A stretch of 64,000 nt of DNA from Massalongia carnosa (GCA_965645245.1 OZ287071.1:248001-312000), one strand, 5' to 3'. Shown: positions 1 to 13,329, counted from the stretch's first letter. Numbers and translations are program-made. Notes: a model not told the origin generated them from the letters alone.

Positions 1-1
1 G

Positions 2-871
2 GATAAGGTCGATTTCATTGATTTATATCAACGAGCTCGGAGTGAGACAGCCAAACTCACTACTATTCTCAGTGCTTGGCAGAAAGCACTTCTATTTCCT
101 CTGGATCCAGAGAGTCTTTTGAAGACATTGCCACAGCCGAAAGATGTGATAAAAACTGTTACTCTAAGGCCGTATACGCCACCAGAAGTATTCTTCCGAT
201 CGTCGGATGGCGTCACTATATCCGCTCCTATCAAGACTCCAAGAAATGCAGCTGAATTCGATGAAATCGTCCACAAAGCTATTGATGGGAAGGCTACCCA
301 GCAAGAGATTATGAAGCTAGGCAAGGCTGGATCAAAAACGTACGTCGAGAAGGTGTTACTAGAGACTACAAATACTGAATTGTTGGAGAATCAACAGTGT
401 AAAAAGGAGAAGGCCAAACGTTCAAATCAACAGCTCGGTAAAGGACGTATAATGAATCATGACGTCCTCGAAGAACGGGAGATGAAGAAGCACACAGAGG
501 AGCAGAAGAAGCGTGCAGATAAACAAGAGAAGGAGTTCTGGGAGGCCTGGAAATCTGTGTGGAGTCTCATTGCAGAGCCCAAACCTCAAAGTCTGAAAAA
601 ACAAGACAAATAAGAAGGCACAGGCTATCCAGCCAATTTCCATCGATTTAGACCCTTCAACGCTTGCTCCGCCAGAGCCTTGCTTAGAGAATGAGGATCC
701 GGAGTTCGCTATACAGACTGAGGTACAGGATGTTAGGGATAAATGGATGAGAGGTAAAAGAGGCAGGAAGTCAGTCAAGGCCCGAAGTGAGGGAATACAT
801 GACGCTGTGACGGTATTGCCTGTATATACGGCCTCTGGGAGGATAGTGAGACCTCCTAGAAGGCGAGATTG
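2..871 (+). pseudogene. Fot1/pogo-type (Tc1/mariner) transposase, C-terminal part; 5' portion lies outside the window; frameshift near 605-613
   Basis: Open frame from base 2 reads DKVDFIDLYQRARSETAKLTTILSAWQKALLFPLDPESLL, the segment that follows the DDE_1 domain in fungal pogo transposases. It continues through a TPRN motif and a coiled-coil, then in another frame ends ...YTASGRIVRPPRRRD*. Confidence 0.75.
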
Positions 872-1650
872 ACTGCTTTATATATTACATCATGTATAAT
901 ATAGCACTGAGCTGGCCTAGCGGGCGGGGCCTAAGCACCAAAGCTTTCTATAGCTTCAGTTGTTTAAACCATTAATTCGGCCGTTGCTGGCAATTAATTA
1001 GTGCTCTGAAGATACTGCAGCCAAATTCGATAAGGAAGACTGGCAATGCTAATCAGAAGATTATCGGTCAAACTTCGGGTAAACCCCTACTAGTGCTGTT
1101 GCATATCTAGGTTTGTTGCATATCCCAGTCATCTCGAGTACCGCGAGACAACAGCGCGCGTGCGAAAGGAGACGAAAAGATGTATCTCGCTGAAGTCGTG
1201 GACGCACCTCATACTTCTTTCCATCATCGTCGATAAGGGATGCGCTTCCATTCCGAAAGTGGTTTAGCACGATTAGGGTAATTATTAGTAGCAATAAACA
1301 CGTCATACGATTTAGTTGAGCCGGTGTTCCGAATACAGGTGAATTACGTTAAACCGAAACGAGTTTAGTGTGTTGTTGGCAGTTGCATTACTAGCTTGTA
1401 CGTACCCTAGATGAGCAGTAAAATGGTTATTTACTAGCAAAGATTTACACAAGGGGGGGACGGTCGGGGGACTGTCCCTAAGCATCCCGTTAAGCCTAGG
1501 CTTGACGTATTCAGCCTTATATGGATATCATTCAGCCGCGCAACAATACAGCTTGACTGATGCTTTCTGTACCACTCATTTCCACAGCCAGCCTCTGCAC
1601 ATTGCTACCAAGCTAGTTGTATAAGTAGAAGAAAGCTAGGACCTTCTATC

Positions 1651-4600
1651 ATGCCAGATAAAGATTTATGCCTATTATCTCTTGATGGCGGTGGAGTGCG
1701 AGGGCTATCGTCACTCGCAATCCTCAAGCGACTGATGGAGATCATCAATCCGGAAACGCCGCCGAAGCCATGCGAGTATTTCGACATGATCGGAGGGACA
1801 AGTACCGGTGGATTGATTGCTATCATGCTAGGTCGACTTGAGATGAATATCGACGAATGTATTGATGCCTATGTCGCATTGTTCGATCAAGTGTTTAAAA
1901 AAAAGCGGCATCGTGTCACAATAAACGGACACGTGCAGGGGAGATTCGACACGGAAGAGCTGGAACGGTCGATTCGAGAAATCGTAAAGCGGAAGGAGAA
2001 GGCAGGGGAAAATGCTCTCCTCAAAGGACCAGAGAATCAGCAATGCAAGGTGTTAGCGCTTCGGAAGTTGCATTTACACGTATAATTCTAGTGATACTAA
2101 TGAAAGCTAGATTTGTATGCGCTCTGAGCAAAGAGACTGCCGACATAGTCCTATTCACATCGTATCCTTCTCGAGGACCATCAGATATGTACCATAAGAC
2201 ACGAATTTGGGAGGCAACTCGAGCCACATCTGCCGCATCATCCTTCTTTGATCCAGTTAAAATTGGCCAGTTTGAAGAAGAATTTGTCGATGGGGCTGTG
2301 GGGGCTAACAATCCTGTCGCACATCTTTGGAACGAGGCCAAAAGTGTGTGGTCAGACGAAGCGCTTGAGGGAAACATTAAATGCCTGATATCTATCGGTA
2401 CTGGTGTTTCATCCTTGGATTCTTATGGCTCAAGCCTCTTCGAGATTGCAAAAAAGTTGAAAGACATTGCAACAGAGACAGAAAAAACAGCGGAGTCTTT
2501 TCATCGAGCGCATTCAGATCTCGACAATGGGAATCGCTACTTTCGTTTCAATGTTTCTCATGGGCTTGAGAATATTGGACTCGAAGATGCAGCACAGAAG
2601 AACAAGATCATGGCCACCACAACCCGCTATGTGGCTTTGGAAAGCGTGATGAAACAAATGAAGCTGTGTGCAAATAATTTTTCAACACGAGAATGTGCGT
2701 CAATGTTTGCTTGATAATTTTTGAGTTACTAAATCCTTGAATAGACACTGGTTCATATAAAGTGCCATTCAGTTTGAAAGGCTTACCCCGTGTACCCAAA
2801 TTCATAGCTCGTGATCAAGAAATGAATGACCTTAAGGAAAACCTTTTTCCTAAGCCAACTCGTGAGACTCACCGGTAGGTGTTCGTTTTGCACGGACTGG
2901 GCGGCTCCGGCAAGACTCAGCTAGCAATCGAGTTCGCTCAAAGATCACAGAAGATTTTTAGTTCTATTTTTTGGCTAAACGGCGATAGCAAGGAAAGTGT
3001 ACGTCAAAGTCTTGCACAGATTGCTCGGCAATTGCCCAGAGATCAGATTCCGGATTCATGTAGAAAATTCTCTAAAATATCCCCTGAAGAGCTAGATGAA
3101 ATTATTCACAATGTTCTTATTTGGTTCAATCAACATGAAAACAATCAATGGCTTCTCATTTTCGATAATGTCGATCGTGATAATTCCCCTGAGGTGAATG
3201 ATCCTCAATCATATGATGTGGAAGATTTTTTCCCGGAAGCCGATCACGGCTCTATTTTAATCACAAGCCGATTACGACAGCTTCGACAACACGGGCAGGA
3301 CCGGCAACTTGGAAGGATGAGCGATATACAAGGAGCAGAAGTATTACGATGCAGGATAGGACGATCAGTTGAAGGTAATGAAATTCAAGCAACAGTCTTA
3401 ATCCAATTTACTAAGCATTATATAGGCCTTGATAGGATCGTCGAGAAAGTGGGTGGTCTCCCACTTGCACTTGCTCATGCAGGCTCCTATATCCACGGAA
3501 CGACTACAAGTGTGAACGACTATATTCGATACTATGAAGAGACTTGGGAGAAGCTTCACAACAACAAAACGACTCGATTAAAAGATTATCCTCGTAGCAT
3601 TTTATCTACGTATACCATTTCCTATGAATATGTGCAACGCAATGACGCGAGCGCTGCAAAATTGCTTAATCTGTTTGCATATCTCGATCATTCAGATTTA
3701 TGGTATTCTTTATTCACACCTGTACTTGACGAAAGCATTATCTCAAAAGAGACATTACCTATCTGGTATTCATGTAGCATGAAGACGGAATTTGATTTTA
3801 CACAGAAGATTCAAATACTGCTGGATTACTCCTTGATAGAAACACGATATGAGATCTCCTCTTATGCGATTCATCCAATTATACATGACTGGTGTTTTCA
3901 CTTGAATCTAACCTCCAACGACGAGATAGCTCTTTTAGCAGTTTCTGTAATCGGTTTCGCATGTCATTCCACTGGCAGTTCAGCAAACTGGCTACATCGA
4001 AAACGACTGGCTGGTCATTGTAGTTATGTTCACTTCTGGATTGGAAAAAAACCTCAAAACCTTGAAAGGAATATGAGATGGGAACAGGTATTATATTTTT
4101 CGTATTATGCTATTGGCTATTTTTCAAAAAAACAAGGCAAGCTGAACGAGGCCGAAGAGATGTATCTGCGGGCATTGAGAGGATACGAAAAGGCCAGGGG
4201 TCCTGATCACACATCAACGCTCGCCACAGTCAACAATCTAGGAATTCTGTATGCAGATCAAGGCAAGATGAACGAAGCCGAAGAGATGTATCTGCGGGCA
4301 TTGACAGGATACGAAAAGGCCTGGGGTCCTGATCACGCATCAACGCTCGAAACAGTCAACAATCTAGGAAATTTGTATGCAGTTCAAGGCAAGATGAACG
4401 AGGCCGAAGAGATGTATCTGCGGACATTGACAGGAAAGGAAAAGGCCTGGGGTCCTGATCACACATCAACGCTCAACACAGTCAACAATCTAGGAAGTCT
4501 GTATAAAAATCAAGGCAAGATGAACGAGGCCGAAGAGATGTTTCTGCGGGCATTGAGAGGATACGAAAAGGCCTGGGGTCCTGATCACACATCAACGCTC

Positions 4601-5665
4601 GACACAGTCAACAATCTAGGAAGTCTGTATAAAAATCAAGGCAAGATGAACGAGGCCGAAGAGATGTATCTGCGGGCATTGACAGGATACGAAAAGGCCT
4701 GGGGTCCTGATCACACATTAACGCTCACCATAGTCAACAATCTAGGGCTTTTGTATGCAGATCAAGGCAAGATGAACGAGGCCGAAGAGATGTATCTGCA
4801 GGCATTGACAGGAAAGGAAAAGGCCTGGGGTGCTGATCACACATCAACGCTCGACACAGTCAACAATCTAGGAAATTTGTATAAAAATCAAGGCAAGATA
4901 AACGAGGCCGAAGAGATGTATCTGCGGGCATTGACAGGAAAGGAAAAGGCCTGGGGTCCTGATCACGCATCAACGCTCGAAACAGTCAACAATCTAGGAA
5001 ATTTGTATGCAGTTCAAGGCAAGATGAACGAGGCCGAAGAGATGTATCTGCGGACATTGACAGGAAAGGAAAAGGCCTGGGGTCCTGATCACACATCAAC
5101 GCTCGCCACAGTCAACAATCTAGGATGTCTGTATAAAAATCAAGGCAAGATGAACGAGGCCGAAGAGATGTATCTGCGGGCATTGACAGGATACGAAAAG
5201 GCCAGGGGTCCTGATCACACATCCACGCTCGCCATAGTCAACAATCTAGGTCTTTTGTATGCAGATCAAGGCAAGATGAACGAGGCCGAAGAGATGTATC
5301 TGCGGGCATTGACAGGAAAGGAAAAGGCCTGGGGTCCTGATCACACATCAACGCTCGACACAGTCAACAATCTAGGAAATTTGTATGCAGATCAAGGCAA
5401 GATGAACGAGGCCGAAGAGATGTTTCTGCGGGCATTGAGAGGATACGAAAAGGCCTGGGGTCCTGATCACACATCAACGCTCGACACAGTCAACAATCTA
5501 GGAAGTCTGTATAAAAATCAAGGCAAGATGAACAAGGCCGAAGAGATGTATCTGCGGGGCTCAAGCGGCTCACCTGTGCCAGGTATGACAATTCTAGGCA
5601 GGACAAGGCTGGATGACATATTCAAACGTCAAAATGAAATCAAATCAATACCGTCTGAAAGCTAG
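1651..5665 (+). CDS. Fungal NLR: patatin-like phospholipase + NB-ARC + TPR array; introns 2052-2110, 2695-2744, 3375-3425; premature in-frame TAG at 2876-2878 (possible pseudogene or truncated allele)
   Basis: Patatin motifs DGGGVRG, GTSTG and DGA; P-loop GLGGSGKT; Walker B WLLIFDNVD; GLPLAL; 42-aa TPR units. The introns have GT donors, CTAA branch points and AG acceptors, and splicing them restores the reading frame. Confidence 0.92.
4133..5557 (+). repeat. 11 complete + 1 partial tandem 126-bp repeats encoding TPR units
   Basis: CAAGGCAAG(C/A)T(G/A)AAC recurs every 126 bp from 4133 to 5519. Confidence 0.97.
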
Positions 5666-6915
5666 TTGAATCTTGCTGGCAATGGTGGAATTGATATTCT
5701 ATCGTTCCGTTGAGAGGGAACTTGAAGGTAAGGGGCACAGGGGCGCAAGGCGTACGGGAGAATTTTCGAATTTCTTGGCATCTTGTCTCGCTGTGCCAAA
5801 TCGGATCAAATAGGAATTGAAAGAGAGTAGGGATTAAAAGGGAGTAGTGATTGAAAAGGGATAGGGACTAAAAGGCCCCAGTCATTTTAAAGCCTTGGGC
5901 ATTTTTCTAGCTGAAGATATCATGTTTCACAGGAGTTTAATATCCTTTCTAATATTGCTACTATTGTACATACATAACGGTCTAGATAGTGGCCCCAAGG
6001 ATAAAACCATTATCTTTGACTTCATGTGTGTTGCGCCGAGATGCTCTCCATCTATAACGCGGTACATGTATGATTTAGGCAGCCATGTTAGATGAATATT
6101 AGATGGAGGCAGCTATCCTCCGTAAGAATACAGTGATTGATAGGTAAGGTCAGCATACCCACGATTGCCCCCGAAGTGAGCGACCCAAGTCTGACCTGTC
6201 CATGGCCGATGATCTGGTCCGTGATGATGAGTCTTTAGACAGAAGGGACATTGTACGTATACTCCTAGGGCTATTCCATTCGGTCGCTGTTGCAAATGGT
6301 ACGGTAGCCATGATGAAATTGGGAGCTAGAGCGATACGAGAGTTGATGCTGATGATGACGTAGTAGTCATAGGCTACAAGGAGCGAAGAACCCATAAGAA
6401 CCCGAGATTTACCATTCGACGCATCGAAAACAGCAGAAGGGTATGGAATTAGTCAAGTGTTAAATGGTGAGGCTACCATCAATATAGGCATCCATCGTGA
6501 GTCCCACGGGTGCCTGCCAGGCATCTATAAGAGGTGCCTAATAGGCAGATATGGAGGTGCCTAACAGGCAGCTATGGGAGGCCTACAGCATTACTGTTAT
6601 GTGACTGCTATAAAAGCAGGTAGAAAGCCCACATAGATAATTACCTTCAATGACAATCATGCTATTATACCTACACGTGAATTTTACTATTCATCATCAA
6701 GCTCGATGCCGAACCGAAGCTTTTCTACGGGGAGGCAACCTATTATGACCGCTCGTAAGGTGGTGACCTCAAAAGGAATTTATATTGTTGAAGTTTGATT
6801 GTTGATCACTATAGTGCATGTACGAATATTTAGAAGGAATAGTTTTGATTAATTCTATCGTGGGTGCTTTTGAGCACCCACATCGGCTAAACTACCCTAG
6901 GCCCATTCCGGCCAA

Positions 6916-7246
6916 GCAGTCACCAACTGCCTGACACTTGTCCGTTAGGCTAATGTTTAGCGTAACATCAACATATAACCAATCTGCACGCAAAGGCCGA
7001 ATGACAGTCAAGTGGGCGTCTTGTGTACCAACTCCGCATGGTTCTGCAAGTGCATTGTGCTTGTCAAAACATCTTGACACCTTGGATGAGGGCATGCGAT
7101 CGGATGACCGTCTTGGTGATGACGAAGGTTTTAAAAATTTTTCAGATCGTAGCGGCTGTGGAAAGACTTCAGACATGTCTGTTGATGTTAGCCTGTGTTA
7201 GCCTGTGTTAGCCTAACTAGGTTGTGGTCAGGCAGTTGGTGACTGC
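6916..7246. mobile_element. MITE-like non-autonomous DNA element (~330 bp)
   Basis: Perfect 20-bp inverted repeats GCAGTCACCAACTGCCTGAC (6916-6935) / GTCAGGCAGTTGGTGACTGC (7227-7246). Subterminal GTTAGCCT repeats. No TSD recognisable. Confidence 0.65.
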
Positions 7247-8760
7247 GATTACCCAATTAGGCTAGCTTGCATTTTAGGAGTTCAGGTAAAATATTCGTAT
7301 CATGCACCAAGGTGATCAATTCTCCTCCAATAGTATGATACAGTGTCTGCCACCAGCATGCGGACAATCAGATACATGAGGTGGAAGAAGCCAATGTTCA
7401 TCTTCTCCAGATCCTAGGTAACCTGCGGGTCTATGAGCAGACCGTGGCCAGTTTGGACAGTACAAAAGGCTCCCGGTTACGTCATTCTCCACAGATGCCT
7501 GATTATGCCCAATCATCTTCAACTCTACATGTCATTTCACCAGATAGATCATGATATCTCCGCGGCGCCGCAGCTCCTTTTATTCATCGATTGAGCTTTC
7601 GAGGCAAGCAACAGACTTGTTACGGTACATGATGCATAGTTCATCCTGCATTGGGCAAGGCGCATGACGCATGGCGCATGGTGCATGCCACATAATGTAT
7701 CTCACACTACTATTATGTAGCTATTCTCGGTCGATGGGAAAGGAGCCTTGATCGAGCACTTCCAAAAGGTTCGAAATAAATGCAGGGCAAGGGGAACTAC
7801 TATGGTAGGGAGTGGGTGAGTGCTGCAATCACGACATCCGCCGAGTGTTCGTCGTGCTGCTCTGGAGGCCGAGTTTCTGGGTCTTTGTCCCGTGCAGATT
7901 TAGTTACGTACAATGCAATACATACTTACAATAGCTGCCTTCCCTGTAGATTAGCGACCATCGAGTCCCCCCACATTCCCGGGAGGCTCTCCGCGTGGCT
8001 TTCCGCCCATCTAATCAGCAGCACCCTTTGGCTGCAACCCAATTGACGGAGTTAGAGGCCAACGCGTGAGGATGAAAAAGAGTCGGTCTAGTCATTGTTG
8101 ATTCAATGACTCGGGCCATCAGCTGGACACCCGAATAAGCCACCGATGCTACCGCAGACAAATGGTGCATGCTCCCCGAAAGTTTCACCCGTTTGAGCGC
8201 GAGACTCGACAAACGCGTACATGTCAAGTAAATGTATGCAAGGACTGTCGTTTATTTCATATGCCGATTTTGCTCAACGGTTCGGCAAACTTCAATTGAG
8301 CAACAACCATGCAAAGTACGAAGATGGTTTTATTCGGCATTGTTTTTGCAGAGCATTGTTACTTACGATGTCATCGTCACGTGTTCCAAGTCTATACCAG
8401 AACGCCACGTCTGGCTGGATTCCTCTGCACGGAGTACACCCAGGCCAATACACCCCTGCATGCCTGCATGCAGGCATGTAGGCACCGGCACTATGTTGTA
8501 AACTACCTATGATAAGTCGATCCGAGAGATGAGGCCGAACGAGATGGGAAAGTGGGAAAGTGCAGTAGGGATAATATTCGAAAGTGATGGTCATTGTCGG
8601 TCAGCGTAGCGTCCCTGTCAAACACGATCACACCATACGGGAGTAATCCTCGTTCAACATAACTTGTATACGAGAGAAATCTGCGTGCACTCGGACACCT
8701 TTTTCCTCAGAATTGGCTGCTTGATTCGTCTCATCGAAGCTGTGTGCTTGAATGTGAGCG

Positions 8761-11050
8761 ATGGATGTTGATGAGAATTGCCCGTTACTACTACCGCAGT
8801 CTGAGGTGTACGAGCCGTACCCTCGAAGTGATGACAGCAGAAAGATAAGCTCCTCACCTTCCATAGGACTGAGCATTGCTGTGGCCTTGTTTGGTAAGTA
8901 AGTTGAACTGCCCGAGGACGAGGACCAAGACTGATTAATCACCATTCGAGGGGTTTTCCTTGTGAGCGTCGATGAGCAGCTCGTGATAGCAACATATGGA
9001 GCGATCGCGTCAGAATTTCAAAATCTTTCGGATGGCCCGTGGTTATTGACAAGCTATAACCTAGGATATTGTATTGCATTGCCAATGGTGGGTCATACCT
9101 TTGGATTGCCTCCACCCGTATTGAATCGATACGGGACTGGCCAGGACCCCACCAATCGTTGACGGAACGTGTTGACAGTACGGAAGATTAAGCGATACAT
9201 ATGGCTGTAAGAAGCCGCTACTCGCAGCCTACTGCCTGTTTGGTCTTGGATGCATCATAACGTAGGTTCACGATCTCGGGCCATATCAAGCCGTCCCGAA
9301 AAGCAGGCATTCCACACAATAGCCAACTGATTCTTGAGCAAGTGGTACTGCCCTCTCCATTTGGCAAGCGATAGCTGGGAGGGTCATATCGGGTATTGGT
9401 GGATCTGGAATGATCGCATTGATCTCGGTGATAATTATAGGTTTGGAACATAACCTTCAGTCATGGATACTTTGACTGATTCATTTACATTGTCTAAATA
9501 GACATTGCACCTTTAGATCAGGTGGCCCTCTTAAGAAGCTATGTGAATGTGGCAGCTATAGCTGGACGAAGTTTTGGGGGCCCGCTTGGTGGACTGTTAG
9601 CAGACACAGTCGGCTGGAGATGGTAGGACTGCTGCATATTTTGATTTTCGTGAAGGGTTAATAAACCAAACATCGCAAAGGTCGTTTCTCGGTCAGGCTC
9701 CGATAACCCTGATCTGTTCTTTCCTAGCTGGACGGCGGCTGCCTTTGGAGTCCTTTAGTAAGACGCAAATTGAATCTCATTCCGACAATAGTAACCACAC
9801 ATCCGCAGGCTCCGGAAAGTTATATCATGAAGATTTTCTAGGGGGGATTATGTTCTCCATCACAATGACGATCTTCCTTCTCATTCTAGGCTTGGGAGGG
9901 CAGAGACTATCTTGGAACGACCCTATTATCATCTCCTTGACAGCCATTTTTGTGGTATCCAGCACGGCTTTCGGCATGAGGGAGGGTTTTTGGGCTAAGA
10001 AGCCACTGATACCCATGTGGCTGATGAGGAAGAATGGCGTTGGCCTATTCTGTGTGGTACAGATACTTCTTTTTGGTGCTCGTTCGGCGGTAAGCAAGTT
10101 GACTTTCTGCCGATGTTCGGTAGTTGAATATAGCCGAGCAGCTCCTTTCCAACATAGCGCCTTACTTCGTGCGTACGGAAGACGCAAACAACACCGTTGC
10201 TGCGGCCTACATAGTCCCTTCGAGCTTAGGCAACGCCATCGGGGCACTTCTCGCTGGTTATATCATCAGCAGGTAGATGAAACACTCTCATGGGAGATCT
10301 CTGGTTAAGGGCATCGCTAATAGGAGCGATGATTTCTATTTCCAGGACATATCGCTACAAGACCTTGTCCCTTGTATCTCTAGCGATCTGCTCTCTCAGC
10401 TATGTACTAATCGGTTTGAGGTGGCGGCATGGAACTAATTTCTGGGAATCACTATACACTTTCCCAGCAGGTTTGGGTTTTGGAATGATACTCTCGACGC
10501 AATTCATAGGTCTCTCAGTTAGTGTGCCAGAGCGCCAGACAGCCACGGCAGTGAGCACGTACTATTTGTGTCAGCAAGTTGGGATACTGGTAGGCGTTGG
10601 AGCTTCGGCAGCGATACTCCGTATAAATTTCCAAAGGACTCTTCTACGCCAACTAGAGAACTACTCCGACAGAGACCGGGTCAGTGATCCACTATAACAC
10701 ACTCCATTAGTTCGTCGTCGCATAGATAGAGTGCACAGCCTCTTGTTTAGTACATATTTGTAGGACTTATGCTGACTGATGGCGGTTACGCATCCTAAAT
10801 CACAGATCATCAAAGGCGTACTTAGCGACTCCCGGTTCACTACCAGCCTGCCCGGGATGGTGCGATCGATTGTGCGCTCAAGTTACCTCCATAGTTTTCA
10901 ATCCGTCTTAAGTAAGCTGTGTGGGAGGCACGTACCTGTTCTCATGTGGCCAATTCTAACAATAGACCAGTCTTGGCAACCTGCAGCTCCATTTTGGCGT
11001 TACCGCTGATCATGTGGATACGGGAACAGTCGTTAAAGAGAAAGGGATAG
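8761..11050 (+). CDS. MFS transporter, vacuolar basic amino acid/drug:H+ antiporter-like, multi-exon
   Basis: Spliced exons give MDVDENCPLL (acidic dileucine motif)...GVFLVSVDEQLVIATYGAIASEF...YGRLSDTYGCK...GRVISGIGGSG...GGPLGGLLADTVGWRW...KKPLIPMWL...REQSLKRKG*. The first intron acceptor is an atypical GAG. Confidence 0.85.
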
Positions 11051-13329
11051 ATTGCCACCAGCAACTGCAAATATCATAAGGTACCCACCCACATCGGTAG
11101 ACGGGTTTCGCGCGAGCATTTGAGAATATCACTTCTGATGCGGCGCTTCTTTCACGTTTTCAATATTCCGTATCTAAAAAGTTGATTTTGGAAACCTTGA
11201 TGAGCACATCTGAATAGTGGCTAGATTGGATAGATGCCGAACGAAAATGCTCTGAGTATCGTATCCATATAGACCAAGCTTACCTCGTGTCCTTTAAAAC
11301 CTTGAAGGTCATCTTCTCTGCCAAAACCACCGGCAGCATCTAGTGCTTCTCCGAATTCTCTGCCTAGGCAATATGCATTCACTTGCTTCAGAGTCATCTT
11401 ATCACTGAAAGCCATAATAACAAGTGCTCTTTCAAAGGGACCATTGTGATTCTCGTCACACTCTCCGCTGTCTTGACTCCAATCTTCGTTCTCCATACCT
11501 GTGGCGACGAATTTGATATCCCCTAGCTCATGTACCATGCATACTAGGTTACCAAGGAATGGTGTCCACAACCCTTCCGTTCGCCATAGCTTCCTTACAG
11601 CCAAATATCAACTTAGCAAAAAGACTGTGAGAATTAAGAGATTGCTGTTGAAAGAAAGCCAGATATTTTTGTTGGAATGCTCGCTTAGCTCCAGCTTAGC
11701 CCTGCAGGCTGTCATGACTGCTATACTTTCTCTGTAGACAGTCACCTTCATAGTAGTTTCAACATCATGTCGTCAACTGTTCATGTAACATTTTTCGCTG
11801 ACCCTAGGATGTGACATGATATCGTACGTGCGTCGTTCGTGCATCGTTCGTGCATAGGTACAGGGTCAAATCGGAAACACGATTTATAGTGACTATGGAT
11901 GAGGAAGAGTTTTCACTTCCTTGCTACCGTGCGGCCCTATTTCGCTCACTCGTCGGAAGCTGGCCGTCATGGTGATGAGTTTACTAATCCTCAGCAAGCT
12001 GGTGCGTTGATTTCAATTAATTTACCTAAAGTGTTATCCTCAAAACTCTTGAATGTGTGTCATACGATCAACGCATGTGTTGATTCGATTTTTGATTGGA
12101 TTTTCTTCTATCATCAAACAATCTCTTATTAGTCTTAATATTAGGAAAGCGATCAAATATGTTTCATATTATATTCTGTGTTACAGTAAGCACTTATGCA
12201 TTATGTTGTACCTATCACGTTGTCACATTATAGAGCATTCTGAATTGGTTAAGATTCGTTACGACGCTACGGAGTCTTTGTGTTGACATCTTGCACTTGT
12301 GCCAGGTACTTTAATTGACCACATCACTTGAAGATTAAGCCTCATTATCGTCTACGTCATACAGGTCCAGCCAGACTCAGCTCTTCTCCAGGCCGCTACT
12401 TTTAGAAAGATAATGCGGTAAAATTTGAAGGGATGAACTTGCAGGTGTGCAAGATTCTTGTCTTGAAGATAGATTACAAGACGTTGAATGTGTATTTATT
12501 TGGCATATAACAGCGATTGGTTTTCCCACTTTTTAGCGGCGTCACTTTCGCCGTTGATGTGGCTGAGTTGAGGCATCCTACAAACTCGGAACTTTAACTT
12601 TGAGCACACGTAGGTGCTGAGGTTGCGAGCCTCTCGAAACACGAAACGGTAGAGCTGATTTCTTCCTATTATCAGCCCTACTGGGCCCCATGGTCTCGTT
12701 ATTTCCTAGGGTTTACTATGGTGCTATTTAATACACGTCTGGTTCCATGAATAAGCTTGTAAGTTTACAAAATTGAGTCTATACGATGATAACAACTTGA
12801 AGCTCTGAACCTAAAAAATCTTCCGGTCCTAATCCTTTCAGTTCTTCATTTAGTTCCTCTATGTGCTCCTACCATGAAGCGTAAGAATTTCTTATGTGTC
12901 TTGTCTATATCTCCTAACATAAAACGAAGAATTACTCTTGTGTATTTGCAGAGCTCATTATCTTCTGTGACCATGTATGTGTATCTTTGAACGACAGTTT
13001 TTCGACATCACGTTGAATATCTCTTAATAGGCTACTATTAAAGGTCGATTCATCTTCCGTTTCGTGGTTGTCTGACCAGCCAATCTTCTTAAGATTTATC
13101 TATACTCTAGAACCTCTTTGTCCATTTCATCAGTATCGAGATTTTTTACCACATCTTGATGTAAGCGATAACTAAGAGGACACCTATTCTAAACCATCTT
13201 GTCCTGAACCAATTGGATGCCGAATCTAGATAACTTTTCAGCAACTTCGACTAGAAACATAAAATCTCAACAAATGCATTCAAACCGGATTCGCGCTTCT
13301 TGGCCTTCATCACCTTCTCAACATATGAA

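Noticed and set aside
2695..2878. Alternative 3' splice site at the premature TAG that would rescue the NLR
   Set aside because: Splicing 2695-2878 puts the NB-ARC exon out of frame.
4133..5557. CRISPR-like regular repeats
   Set aside because: These are contiguous 126-bp coding TPR units with no unique spacers, in a eukaryotic context.
6113..6330. Cys/His fragment VQCPFCLKTHHHG on the minus strand
   Set aside because: Probably a gene relic, but too short and frameshifted to assign.
11221..11604. 127-aa minus-strand ORF
   Set aside because: Protein-like composition, but no ATG start or recognisable motif. Not supportable.
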